Origin: Caecitellus pseudoparvulus
Lineage: Eukaryota > Protista > Bigyra: Bicosoecida
NCBI GenBank assembly: GCA_965644315.1
Contig: CBFFRQ010000089.1
Coordinates: forward strand, 1 to 64,000
Direction of reading: 5' to 3'
DNA: 64,000 nt
The translations under genes and the position numbers were made by a program. Each line of letters starts with the position of its first letter. Positions within the stretch are counted from its first letter, which is position 1. Below are positions 1 to 11,379 of the stretch, one piece after another. The notes beneath the pieces were generated by a model. It was not told where the DNA came from and searched no databases. It saw nothing but the letters and a program-made list of their open reading frames with translations.

Positions 1-3000
1 TAACCCTAACCCTAACCCTAACCCTAACCCTAACCCTAACCCTAACCCTAACCCTAACCCTAACCCTAACCCTAACCCTAACCCTAACCCTAACCCTAAC
101 CCTAACCCTAACCCTAACCCTAACCCTAACCCTAACCCTAACCCTAACCCTAACCCTAACCCTAACCCTAACCCTAACCCTAACCCTAACCCTAACCCTA
201 ACCCTAACCCTAACCCTAACCCTAACCCTAACCCTAACCCTAACCCTAACCCTAACCCTAACCCTAACCCTAACCCTAACCCTAACCCTAACCCTAACCC
301 TAACCCTAACCCTAACCCTAACCCTAACCCTAACCCTAACCCTAACCCTAACCCTAACCCTAACCCTAACCCTAACCCTAACCCTAACCCTAACCCTAAC
401 CCTAACCCTAACCCTAACCCTAACCCTAACCCTAACCCTAACCCTAACCCTAACCCTAACCCTAACCCTAACCCTAACCCTAACCCTAACCCTAACCCTA
501 ACCCTAACCCTAACCCTAACCCTAACCCTAACCCTAACCCTAACCCTAACCCTAACCCTAACCCTAACCCTAACCCTAACCCTAACCCTAACCCTAACCC
601 TAACCCTAACCCTAACCCTAACCCTAACCCTAACCCTAACCCTAACCCTAACCCTAACCCTAACCCTAACCCTAACCCTAACCCTAACCCTAACCCTAAC
701 CCTAACCCTAACCCTAACCCTAACCCTAACCCTAACCCTAACCCTAACCCTAACCCTAACCCTAACCCTAACCCTAACCCTAACCCTAACCCTAACCCTA
801 ACCCTAACCCTAACCCTAACCCTAACCCTAACCCTAACCCTAACCCTAACCCTAACCCTAACCCTAACCCTAACCCTAACCCTAACCCTAACCCTAACCC
901 TAACCCTAACCCTAACCCTAACCCTAACCCTAACCCTAACCCTAACCCTAACCCTAACCCTAACCCTAACCCTAACCCTAACCCTAACCCTAACCCTAAC
1001 CCTAACCCTAACCCTAACCCTAACCCTAACCCTAACCCTAACCCTAACCCTAACCCTAACCCTAACCCTAACCCTAACCCTAACCCTAACCCTAACCCTA
1101 ACCCTAACCCTAACCCTAACCCTAACCCTAACCCTAACCCTAACCCTAACCCTAACCCTAACCCTAACCCTAACCCTAACCCTAACCCTAACCCTAACCC
1201 TAACCCTAACCCTAACCCTAACCCTAACCCTAACCCTAACCCTAACCCTAACCCTAACCCTAACCCTAACCCTAACCCTAACCCTAACCCTAACCCTAAC
1301 CCTAACCCTAACCCTAACCCTAACCCTAACCCTAACCCTAACCCTAACCCTAACCCTAACCCTAACCCTAACCCTAACCCTAACCCTAACCCTAACCCTA
1401 ACCCTAACCCTAACCCTAACCCTAACCCTAACCCTAACCCTAACCCTAACCCTAACCCTAACCCTAACCCTAACCCTAACCCTAACCCTAACCCTAACCC
1501 TAACCCTAACCCTAACCCTAACCCTAACCCTAACCCTAACCCTAACCCTAACCCTAACCCTAACCCTAACCCTAACCCTAACCCTAACCCTAACCCTAAC
1601 CCTAACCCTAACCCTAACCCTAACCCTAACCCTAACCCTAACCCTAACCCTAACCCTAACCCTAACCCTAACCCTAACCCTAACCCTAACCCTAACCCTA
1701 ACCCTAACCCTAACCCTAACCCTAACCCTAACCCTAACCCTAACCCTAACCCTAACCCTAACCCTAACCCTAACCCTAACCCTAACCCTAACCCTAACCC
1801 TAACCCTAACCCTAACCCTAACCCTAACCCTAACCCTAACCCTAACCCTAACCCTAACCCTAACCCTAACCCTAACCCTAACCCTAACCCTAACCCTAAC
1901 CCTAACCCTAACCCTAACCCTAACCCTAACCCTAACCCTAACCCTAACCCTAACCCTAACCCTAACCCTAACCCTAACCCTAACCCTAACCCTAACCCTA
2001 ACCCTAACCCTAACCCTAACCCTAACCCTAACCCTAACCCTAACCCTAACCCTAACCCTAACCCTAACCCTAACCCTAACCCTAACCCTAACCCTAACCC
2101 TAACCCTAACCCTAACCCTAACCCTAACCCTAACCCTAACCCTAACCCTAACCCTAACCCTAACCCTAACCCTAACCCTAACCCTAACCCTAACCCTAAC
2201 CCTAACCCTAACCCTAACCCTAACCCTAACCCTAACCCTAACCCTAACCCTAACCCTAACCCTAACCCTAACCCTAACCCTAACCCTAACCCTAACCCTA
2301 ACCCTAACCCTAACCCTAACCCTAACCCTAACCCTAACCCTAACCCTAACCCTAACCCTAACCCTAACCCTAACCCTAACCCTAACCCTAACCCTAACCC
2401 TAACCCTAACCCTAACCCTAACCCTAACCCTAACCCTAACCCTAACCCTAACCCTAACCCTAACCCTAACCCTAACCCTAACCCTAACCCTAACCCTAAC
2501 CCTAACCCTAACCCTAACCCTAACCCTAACCCTAACCCTAACCCTAACCCTAACCCTAACCCTAACCCTAACCCTAACCCTAACCCTAACCCTAACCCTA
2601 ACCCTAACCCTAACCCTAACCCTAACCCTAACCCTAACCCTAACCCTAACCCTAACCCTAACCCTAACCCTAACCCTAACCCTAACCCTAACCCTAACCC
2701 TAACCCTAACCCTAACCCTAACCCTAACCCTAACCCTAACCCTAACCCTAACCCTAACCCTAACCCTAACCCTAACCCTAACCCTAACCCTAACCCTAAC
2801 CCTAACCCTAACCCTAACCCTAACCCTAACCCTAACCCTAACCCTAACCCTAACCCTAACCCTAACCCTAACCCTAACCCTAACCCTAACCCTAACCCTA
2901 ACCCTAACCCTAACCCTAACCCTAACCCTAACCCTAACCCTAACCCTAACCCTAACCCTAACCCTAACCCTAACCCTAACCCTAACCCTAACCCTAACCC

Positions 3001-5740
3001 TAACCCTAACCCTAACCCTAACCCTAACCCTAACCCTAACCCTAACCCTAACCCTAACCCTAACCCTAACCCTAACCCTAACCCTAACCCTAACCCTAAC
3101 CCTAACCCTAACCCTAACCCTAACCCTAACCCTAACCCTAACCCTAACCCTAACCCTAACCCTAACCCTAACCCTAACCCTAACCCTAACCCTAACCCTA
3201 ACCCTAACCCTAACCCTAACCCTAACCCTAACCCTAACCCTAACCCTAACCCTAACCCTAACCCTAACCCTAACCCTAACCCTAACCCTAACCCTAACCC
3301 TAACCCTAACCCTAACCCTAACCCTAACCCTAACCCTAACCCTAACCCTAACCCTAACCCTAACCCTAACCCTAACCCTAACCCTAACCCTAACCCTAAC
3401 CCTAACCCTAACCCTAACCCTAACCCTAACCCTAACCCTAACCCTAACCCTAACCCTAACCCTAACCCTAACCCTAACCCTAACCCTAACCCTAACCCTA
3501 ACCCTAACCCTAACCCTAACCCTAACCCTAACCCTAACCCTAACCCTAACCCTAACCCTAACCCTAACCCTAACCCTAACCCTAACCCTAACCCTAACCC
3601 TAACCCTAACCCTAACCCTAACCCTAACCCTAACCCTAACCCTAACCCTAACCCTAACCCTAACCCTAACCCTAACCCTAACCCTAACCCTAACCCTAAC
3701 CCTAACCCTAACCCTAACCCTAACCCTAACCCTAACCCTAACCCTAACCCTAACCCTAACCCTAACCCTAACCCTAACCCTAACCCTAACCCTAACCCTA
3801 ACCCTAACCCTAACCCTAACCCTAACCCTAACCCTAACCCTAACCCTAACCCTAACCCTAACCCTAACCCTAACCCTAACCCTAACCCTAACCCTAACCC
3901 TAACCCTAACCCTAACCCTAACCCTAACCCTAACCCTAACCCTAACCCTAACCCTAACCCTAACCCTAACCCTAACCCTAACCCTAACCCTAACCCTAAC
4001 CCTAACCCTAACCCTAACCCTAACCCTAACCCTAACCCTAACCCTAACCCTAACCCTAACCCTAACCCTAACCCTAACCCTAACCCTAACCCTAACCCTA
4101 ACCCTAACCCTAACCCTAACCCTAACCCTAACCCTAACCCTAACCCTAACCCTAACCCTAACCCTAACCCTAACCCTAACCCTAACCCTAACCCTAACCC
4201 TAACCCTAACCCTAACCCTAACCCTAACCCTAACCCTAACCCTAACCCTAACCCTAACCCTAACCCTAACCCTAACCCTAACCCTAACCCTAACCCTAAC
4301 CCTAACCCTAACCCTAACCCTAACCCTAACCCTAACCCTAACCCTAACCCTAACCCTAACCCTAACCCTAACCCTAACCCTAACCCTAACCCTAACCCTA
4401 ACCCTAACCCTAACCCTAACCCTAACCCTAACCCTAACCCTAACCCTAACCCTAACCCTAACCCTAACCCTAACCCTAACCCTAACCCTAACCCTAACCC
4501 TAACCCTAACCCTAACCCTAACCCTAACCCTAACCCTAACCCTAACCCTAACCCTAACCCTAACCCTAACCCTAACCCTAACCCTAACCCTAACCCTAAC
4601 CCTAACCCTAACCCTAACCCTAACCCTAACCCTAACCCTAACCCTAACCCTAACCCTAACCCTAACCCTAACCCTAACCCTAACCCTAACCCTAACCCTA
4701 ACCCTAACCCTAACCCTAACCCTAACCCTAACCCTAACCCTAACCCTAACCCTAACCCTAACCCTAACCCTAACCCTAACCCTAACCCTAACCCTAACCC
4801 TAACCCTAACCCTAACCCTAACCCTAACCCTAACCCTAACCCTAACCCTAACCCTAACCCTAACCCTAACCCTAACCCTAACCCTAACCCTAACCCTAAC
4901 CCTAACCCTAACCCTAACCCTAACCCTAACCCTAACCCTAACCCTAACCCTAACCCTAACCCTAACCCTAACCCTAACCCTAACCCTAACCCTAACCCTA
5001 ACCCTAACCCTAACCCTAACCCTAACCCTAACCCTAACCCTAACCCTAACCCTAACCCTAACCCTAACCCTAACCCTAACCCTAACCCTAACCCTAACCC
5101 TAACCCTAACCCTAACCCTAACCCTAACCCTAACCCTAACCCTAACCCTAACCCTAACCCTAACCCTAACCCTAACCCTAACCCTAACCCTAACCCTAAC
5201 CCTAACCCTAACCCTAACCCTAACCCTAACCCTAACCCTAACCCTAACCCTAACCCTAACCCTAACCCTAACCCTAACCCTAACCCTAACCCTAACCCTA
5301 ACCCTAACCCTAACCCTAACCCTAACCCTAACCCTAACCCTAACCCTAACCCTAACCCTAACCCTAACCCTAACCCTAACCCTAACCCTAACCCTAACCC
5401 TAACCCTAACCCTAACCCTAACCCTAACCCTAACCCTAACCCTAACCCTAACCCTAACCCTAACCCTAACCCTAACCCTAACCCTAACCCTAACCCTAAC
5501 CCTAACCCTAACCCTAACCCTAACCCTAACCCTAACCCTAACCCTAACCCTAACCCTAACCCTAACCCTAACCCTAACCCTAACCCTAACCCTAACCCTA
5601 ACCCTAACCCTAACCCTAACCCTAACCCTAACCCTAACCCTAACCCTAACCCTAACCCTAACCCTAACCCTAACCCTAACCCTAACCCTAACCCTAACCC
5701 TAACCCTAACCCTAACCCTAACCCTAACCCTAACCCTAAC
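1..5740. repeat. Terminal telomere array (TAACCC)n = (TTAGGG)n on the minus strand, about 956 units
   Basis: Uninterrupted TAACCC hexamer from base 1 to 5740. The C-rich strand is on +, so this is a left chromosome end. Confidence 0.99.
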
Positions 5741-5801
5741 TTTCCAAATGTCAAGCTAATCACAAGTTGTGAAGTGCTAACATTGCCTAATCCAGGCGCT
5801 C

Positions 5802-8048
5802 GTGCACCCAAGTGTGGTGTTGCACAGTGCTTGCTGGTTGGGTGGTGCGCACCGGGGCGGGGTAGTGCGAATTCCGCACACCATCGCACCGTGGCTCCCA
5901 GTTTGCGCCCTCGGTCGGGGCATGCACCTGGGATCGACATCAAAAGCATCATTGACAAGCATCATGAACGCCCAAGTGGATCAAGTCCTGGGGGTCCTCT
6001 TCGTGGAGGGGTGCCTGAAGCGCAAGCAAGTGCTCGGCCCCAGAACAGGTGTCTTCACTGACATGCCACGTCGGGGTGCCGCACGCACCTTCGAGCTTGG
6101 AGGACCCCTGCCCAAGACTGATCATGATAGTTCATCTTCGGCACGGGACATGTGGCTCGAGGTCTATGGGGAAGCCGCCGAACGGCTGATCCCAGGGCTG
6201 AGTGCGGAATTCGGCAACGCCAATGCGGCCCTGCGCCAGGGACCCACCGGATCGCCAACCATCCTCGTCACGCTCGGAAGTGAGGGTGATTCACCAACAG
6301 TGGCACGTCAACTTCGCATTCTTGCTGCTCAAGAGGACGACTTCGCCATTCGAGTCGGCCAAGGTGGGTTCGTCGCCGTGGCCTACACCAACACCAAGCA
6401 GTTCGCATCGGCGAAGGCGAAAGTGAAGGTGAAGGCCCACCCCACCGCCATCCAAGTGGCCCACCAAGTGACCAAGGAAGCAACCGAAATCGCCTGCCAG
6501 TCAGGTGATGTTGCCAAGGTCATGTGCCTCGTTAGGTCCCACTTCGACCATGGCCCCGTGCCAGCCCAAGCCGTCCGTCCCAGTGTCAGACAATCCGTCC
6601 CCTCCGAGGGTGATGCACCTGTCGACACCAAGACACCATCGACCTGGACTGACACTCAGCTCGACAAGGCACCGAAGAAGAAGAAGACCCGTCGAGGCAA
6701 GCGAGGAAAGGGCAAGTCAGCCGGACGATCCCTCACCTTCGAGGACGTCTTCATCAAGAACGTCCGGCCACCTGCACCTCGACCAACCTCACCACCTGCC
6801 ACCCAAGGCTCACCCAAAGATACCGTCACCACCCCTGTGGTGCATGCCATGTTGCCTTCATCAAGGGTGCAGCGGGGCGTCGACCGCAAGTGGCCGTCCC
6901 CCACCCCGTCGGGCGAGGCAAGCCCCGAGGTGCACCGGTATCGGCCGTCTGCAGCAGCAGCATGGGAGGTGATCACAAGGGTGGTGCCTCTTCATGACAG
7001 TGTGCGGACACCCGAGCACCTGGCCGAGTACCCCATCAAGCCTGGCCCTCTGGCCGACCTGCTGTCATCGACCCACGTGTACTCTAACGTGGGGGGGCGG
7101 GCCTGTGTCCAGGCCTGTCTCGAGACGGCAGCAGGGGAGAGGGTCTTCGAGGCTGGGGACCTCCTCCTACTCCAGCATGCAGCCACCATCAACGCTGCCC
7201 AGCTTGCCTTCAAGCACATGGTCAGGCAGCTGGAGGGGGTGGTCAGTGACTCGTCCAGCTCGGACATCATGGACGTCGGCCAGAAGCCACCCTCCCCCTT
7301 CCGCTCAGACGGGCAACGGGTGGCCGTCTTCCGCAACATGCTGCACCAGCACTCGCCGGATGACACCTTCCTGGCCCCAGGTACACCACCAGTCCTGCTT
7401 CCCGGCCTGCACCTGCTCATCGACCGCATCAACCAAGGGTACCGTGCCCCAGCCGGGCATGATGACCTTGGCCAGGCCGGCGTCGACCCCAGCCAGGTTG
7501 ATGAAGAGGGTGACCAAGAGGGGCACCTCGACGGAGTGCTGTATGCCTTCGCACTTCGAGAGGTGTGGACCGACAACACGGCCCATCTGCAGCTCATCCT
7601 CGTCGACCATGATCGAGGCAAGCTGGTGCTGTGGAACCCCGACATCCCTGACCTCCATGACGAGCTGCCCCTGCACAAGTGCATGACCCGGCTGGCAGCC
7701 GAAGGCATCAACGTCTTGTACCGGATCTGGACCACACCCGAGGCGGGCAGTCCAGCACCCTTCCGGGACAGGCTTCGAGGGGCACTCCAGTCTCTCCGAG
7801 ATGACTTCCCCCCCCTGCCTCACAAGGCCACCGACGGCACCGTGCACCCCCAGACCCTCATCGCTGGCAAGGGCACAAGGGTGGCCATGCCTCATGGGCG
7901 GATGACCCGACAGCAGGCCGCCACCCTGGAGGCTGAGGTCAAGGACCCCCTCAAGCGGCTGGTGCCTGAAGACGGCGAGGGTCGCCTGCCCAAGGTCAAG
8001 GATGTGCCCCACATCTCGATCGGGCAGATGGGTGGACGCCTGATGTAA
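5802..8048 (+). CDS. Unit A ORF (748 aa; likely ATG at 5964): putative retroelement ORF1-like protein with RRM-like segment, basic tract and possible papain-like protease fold
   Basis: Long uninterrupted ORF. It has an RNP1-like GGFVAVAY, a basic KKKKTRRGKRGKGK tract and a Pro/Ser/Thr linker, then Cys (GRACVQACL)...His (AHLQLILVD)...Asn (LWNPD). No RT motif is seen. Confidence 0.6.
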   Translation: MHPSVVLHSACWLGGAHRGGVVRIPHTIAPWLPVCALGRGMHLGSTSKASLTSIMNAQVDQVLGVLFVEGCLKRKQVLGPRTGVFTDMPRRGAARTFELGGPLPKTDHDSSSSARDMWLEVYGEAAERLIPGLSAEFGNANAALRQGPTGSPTILVTLGSEGDSPTVARQLRILAAQEDDFAIRVGQGGFVAVAYTNTKQFASAKAKVKVKAHPTAIQVAHQVTKEATEIACQSGDVAKVMCLVRSHFDHGPVPAQAVRPSVRQSVPSEGDAPVDTKTPSTWTDTQLDKAPKKKKTRRGKRGKGKSAGRSLTFEDVFIKNVRPPAPRPTSPPATQGSPKDTVTTPVVHAMLPSSRVQRGVDRKWPSPTPSGEASPEVHRYRPSAAAAWEVITRVVPLHDSVRTPEHLAEYPIKPGPLADLLSSTHVYSNVGGRACVQACLETAAGERVFEAGDLLLLQHAATINAAQLAFKHMVRQLEGVVSDSSSSDIMDVGQKPPSPFRSDGQRVAVFRNMLHQHSPDDTFLAPGTPPVLLPGLHLLIDRINQGYRAPAGHDDLGQAGVDPSQVDEEGDQEGHLDGVLYAFALREVWTDNTAHLQLILVDHDRGKLVLWNPDIPDLHDELPLHKCMTRLAAEGINVLYRIWTTPEAGSPAPFRDRLRGALQSLRDDFPPLPHKATDGTVHPQTLIAGKGTRVAMPHGRMTRQQAATLEAEVKDPLKRLVPEDGEGRLPKVKDVPHISIGQMGGRLM

Positions 8049-8663
8049 GTCACCTGTGGGGGCATACTCCCTGTGCCACACATGACTGAAGCTTTGTGTC
8101 GCGACCGACGCACATAGCTGACATCGGACATTGGAAAGTCCAACCCAACCTCACCATCACCAACCCAACATCGATACCAACACATCAGGACTCGGCTCAG
8201 TGGAAGGGGAAGGCACTTGCAGCAAGATCTGTGAGGCCGCCCCCAAACCTGAGCCGAAGGGACAGCCGGGCTGGGTCGTGTGCTTGCATCTCAGCAACAC
8301 CCAGTCCGTGTCGAGTCCATATCCTCCAGCCCACACCGCCACCCAAGCCAAGCAAGTCGGGTCTCCACCCCTGGACATCGGACCGAGACGGACGAGACTG
8401 GACTGGACGGACAAGACAAGAGTGGACCGAGACCTGGACCTACACCTCAAGACCATCCCACCGGGGCGGGCGCTGAAGCGCCAAGACAGACGGCGACTTA
8501 TACAACGGACACGAGTCTGTGCTAGTCGCAAAGCCGTGCAAGCGGTGCCGTCGTGGTGTCTGTGTCACTGCATTCTGTTGTGGCGCAGGTGGCACCACAT
8601 GTCCAAGCCCAAGCTGTACCATGATGTAGCCTGCATGGAGGCAATCTGCAATGCATTGAGTAG

Positions 8664-8729
8664 CTAACCTAACCCTAACCCTAACCCTACCCTAACCCTA
8701 ACCCTAACCCTAACCCCTAACCCCTAACC
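8664..8729. repeat. Interstitial telomeric tract with variant units
   Basis: ctaacctaaccctaaccctaaccctaccctaaccctaaccctaaccctaacccctaacccctaacc; includes 5-nt and 7-nt (CCCCTAA) variants. Confidence 0.97.
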
Positions 8730-10541
8730 GAACATCCCGCCAAGACCCGCGCCCTCACCCTGCAACAAGCGGGGCTTGCTTGCATCCAAGCCGGGTTCAC
8801 TGCGGGCGCGCTGCTCAGTGCCACTTGGCTCGATGTGCAGCAGCGGCACCTAGTTGGGTGTGCCACTGTCACCTCGGCCGCCGACTACATGCTGTCCACC
8901 CAAGCCAACAGCTCCCTGCTTCCGCTGCGTGACGTTGACCGCGGCGTCGCCCTCGCCCTCGACAGGACACAAGTGGGCTCGCAGAGTGCACTCATGCGCC
9001 CGCACAGCTACGCCAAGCTGGCGCTGTGTGGAGTCCTGCCTGCCCACATCCGCTCCACGCAACTGCGGATCGGGATGCTTGTTAAGGCCCTCCGCATGCT
9101 ACACTCGGATACCCCCCTTGCCCGAGCCCTGTGCCTGACCATCCCGCAGGCCCTTGACCTCATGCCTGCCTTGATGTCGACGACCTTCATCGTCGACACC
9201 ATCGCTGATGGAGGTCGGCTTCGAGCTGCCAGTGTCCCTGCACCGTGGGCACTGCATGCCCTCTTGGACCTCTGGCTCCTGGGCTGCATGCCAGACCCTG
9301 CACAGCTTCGGCTCGCATGTGCACCTGGCTCTGAGCATGCTGCCACAGCCCTTGCCCAAGTCCTTGCCGGACTGAAGGCCACCCCTGGTCTGCACAGGTC
9401 TACGGTGGTTGGGGTGGCCGCCAGCGAGTCGTCGTCCATGACCGAACCCCCCGCCTTCCCGGCTGACACTCCTTGGGCCCTGCGTCGCCAAGTCCTTGCT
9501 TCATACCTCCATGTAGTCCAGGCGGTGCCGAGTGCAGTTGCCCACTACACCACCGACAGCCGCATCCCCCAAGTGCAGAAGCCCAGGCCCTATCATCTTG
9601 GGCCTGGTGCGCAGCACTTCGTGTGGCTCCATCCACTGCCACACGGGGTGAACCCCCTCTTCTGGGTCTGCTCCGATGACAGGCCCACCAGGGTGAAGGT
9701 GCACCACTTCCAGACTCTTCAACTTCTCCACGGAGGGGACAGTGCCACCCAGTACGAGTGCTGTCCGATCTGCGGACTCAGCACTGACGAACAGCTGCAC
9801 GTGCACATCTTGCTGCACTGCACCCACCATGAACTCACCCTGGCACGCCAACACACGATGGCCAAGTTCAAGGAACTTGCCAACCGGTCAGCTGTGCCTG
9901 AGTCCGCGGCGGGCCAAGTGCAGTGCCTGCCCATCCCCCCCAAGATCCTTCAGACCCTTGTCTGTGCCCCGGACTCAGAGCCGCGGAGCCTGCGGGACCT
10001 CGAGGTCCTCCACAGGCTCCTGCTCTGCGGGCAGTGGCCCCACCGGTGGGGGCTGCCCGATGATGACCAGCTCGTCACCATGAGAGAGGCTGCCGTCCTC
10101 TCCCACCCCCACCTCGTCCACCGTGCTGGTCCTTGCCGTGTCCGTGCTCCAGCTGGATGGCAAGACATTCTGCGCAGCGCGGTCGAGTTCACAGCAAAGG
10201 CGTGGCGGATCACAGTCACTTACATGTTGCGCATGACTGATCCTCAGCACCTTGCAGTCCAGAGGCATGCTGAATACCTGTGGTGGGCGGTGCATGGGCG
10301 CGGGGCTCCTCTACCTGGACGCACGCAGCCAGTGCGGTCAGCAGCCACGCGGCACACGCGCAGGCCTCGCACTCGCCGCAGGGCACGCACCTTCTTCCCT
10401 GCCAAGGCGGGCCAAGTGCCGTCCACGGAGGGCAAGGTGCAGAGGACGCTGCAGCACTTCATGGGGCCTCAGCCAGCCCATGCAGACACTGATGGTGAGG
10501 GGGAAGGGCCCAGCGGTTCCTGTGAAGAGAGCGAGGAGTAA
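8730..10541 (+). mobile_element. 5'-truncated non-LTR retrotransposon ORF2 C-terminal region (post-RT/thumb-like segment plus CCHC zinc knuckle)
   Basis: The frame is open from the first base after the telomeric tract (EHPAKTRALTLQQ...). The thumb-like LALCGVLPAHIRSTQLRIGMLVKALRM resembles the E-L-G-x-x-P-x-x-x-R region of LINE ORF2. C-x2-C-x10-H-x4-C (CPICGLSTDEQLHVHILLHC) lies at 9762-9821. Confidence 0.7.
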
Positions 10542-11362
10542 GGCGGAACGCAGGCGCAAGTGCGGGGCGTGGAACAGCCACGCTTGTGGCCGCGCTTACC
10601 TTCCACGTGCGTCCTGACGTGATGATCCTGTGTGAAGCGTGGTGATAACCACGGTAGCAAGAGACAGCTGATGAAGATCTTACCTTTTCAACTCTTTATA
10701 ACCTGCGAGTAGCGGTGGAGTGAGCGGGAGCGCGCCTCGGGCCGCGGCGCGTGTGCAGCCGCAGTGCTGCACGGCCGCGGCTCGGATGGCGGCTGACGAC
10801 GAAGCAAGCTCACTCACCGTGAAACCAGGGCGTGACGGGTTGTAGAGAAATGTCTTCTTCCTTCCTGTATGCCCCTTGACGTGCGCGGTGTGCTCTGTGG
10901 TGCAGGCGCGTGTGTGTGCACGGGTGCTGGTGTGGGTGGTCAATTTCCGCACCACGCACCCGGCCGAGTTCCCGCGCAGAGGCGGAGCACACACCTCATG
11001 GAGGGCGCAGAGAGGCCTATGAGGGCCACAGAAGAGGTGGGATGTGATTTTGGATTATGGTCTGTTGTCGAGACTGCGCGGATGCCTGGGTGTGCTCTGG
11101 TGTGCCCCAGGTGTCTGGCGCGAGAGGAGCAAGGGGTGAAGTGAAGCGGAGGAGGACCAAGAAGATGAATTGGAGCGGGCAGGGACCTGCCCTAGCAAGC
11201 GGCGGCATGTATAACGGGCGCAAGCCTGTGTTTGTTGCGTATCCGCGCCAAGCGGTAGCCGCTGTGGCGTCCTACATGTGCAGAGGTGCATTGTGGGGCG
11301 CCCGTGTGACGCTCAAGCTGTACAGTGCCAAGCGGTGCTGAGGTGAAATGCATTGTGAATTG

Positions 11363-11379
11363 CTAACCTAACCCTAACC
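11363..11379. repeat. Short interstitial telomeric tract at the unit B/C junction
   Basis: ctaacctaaccctaacc, with the same CTAAC-CTAACC start as the tract at 8664. Confidence 0.85.

Noticed and set aside
8131-8667. 178-aa ORF ending at the interstitial telomere
   Set aside because: It has a non-ATG start, and the frame is not conserved in the homologous 3' ends of units B and C. Treated as UTR.
10666-10840. Hammerhead ribozyme candidates (CTGATGA at 10668; CTGACGA...GAAAC at ~10793-10825) in the retro-unit UTR
   Set aside because: The first has no downstream GAAA. The second lacks a pairing stem II and stem III. Not supportable without Infernal.
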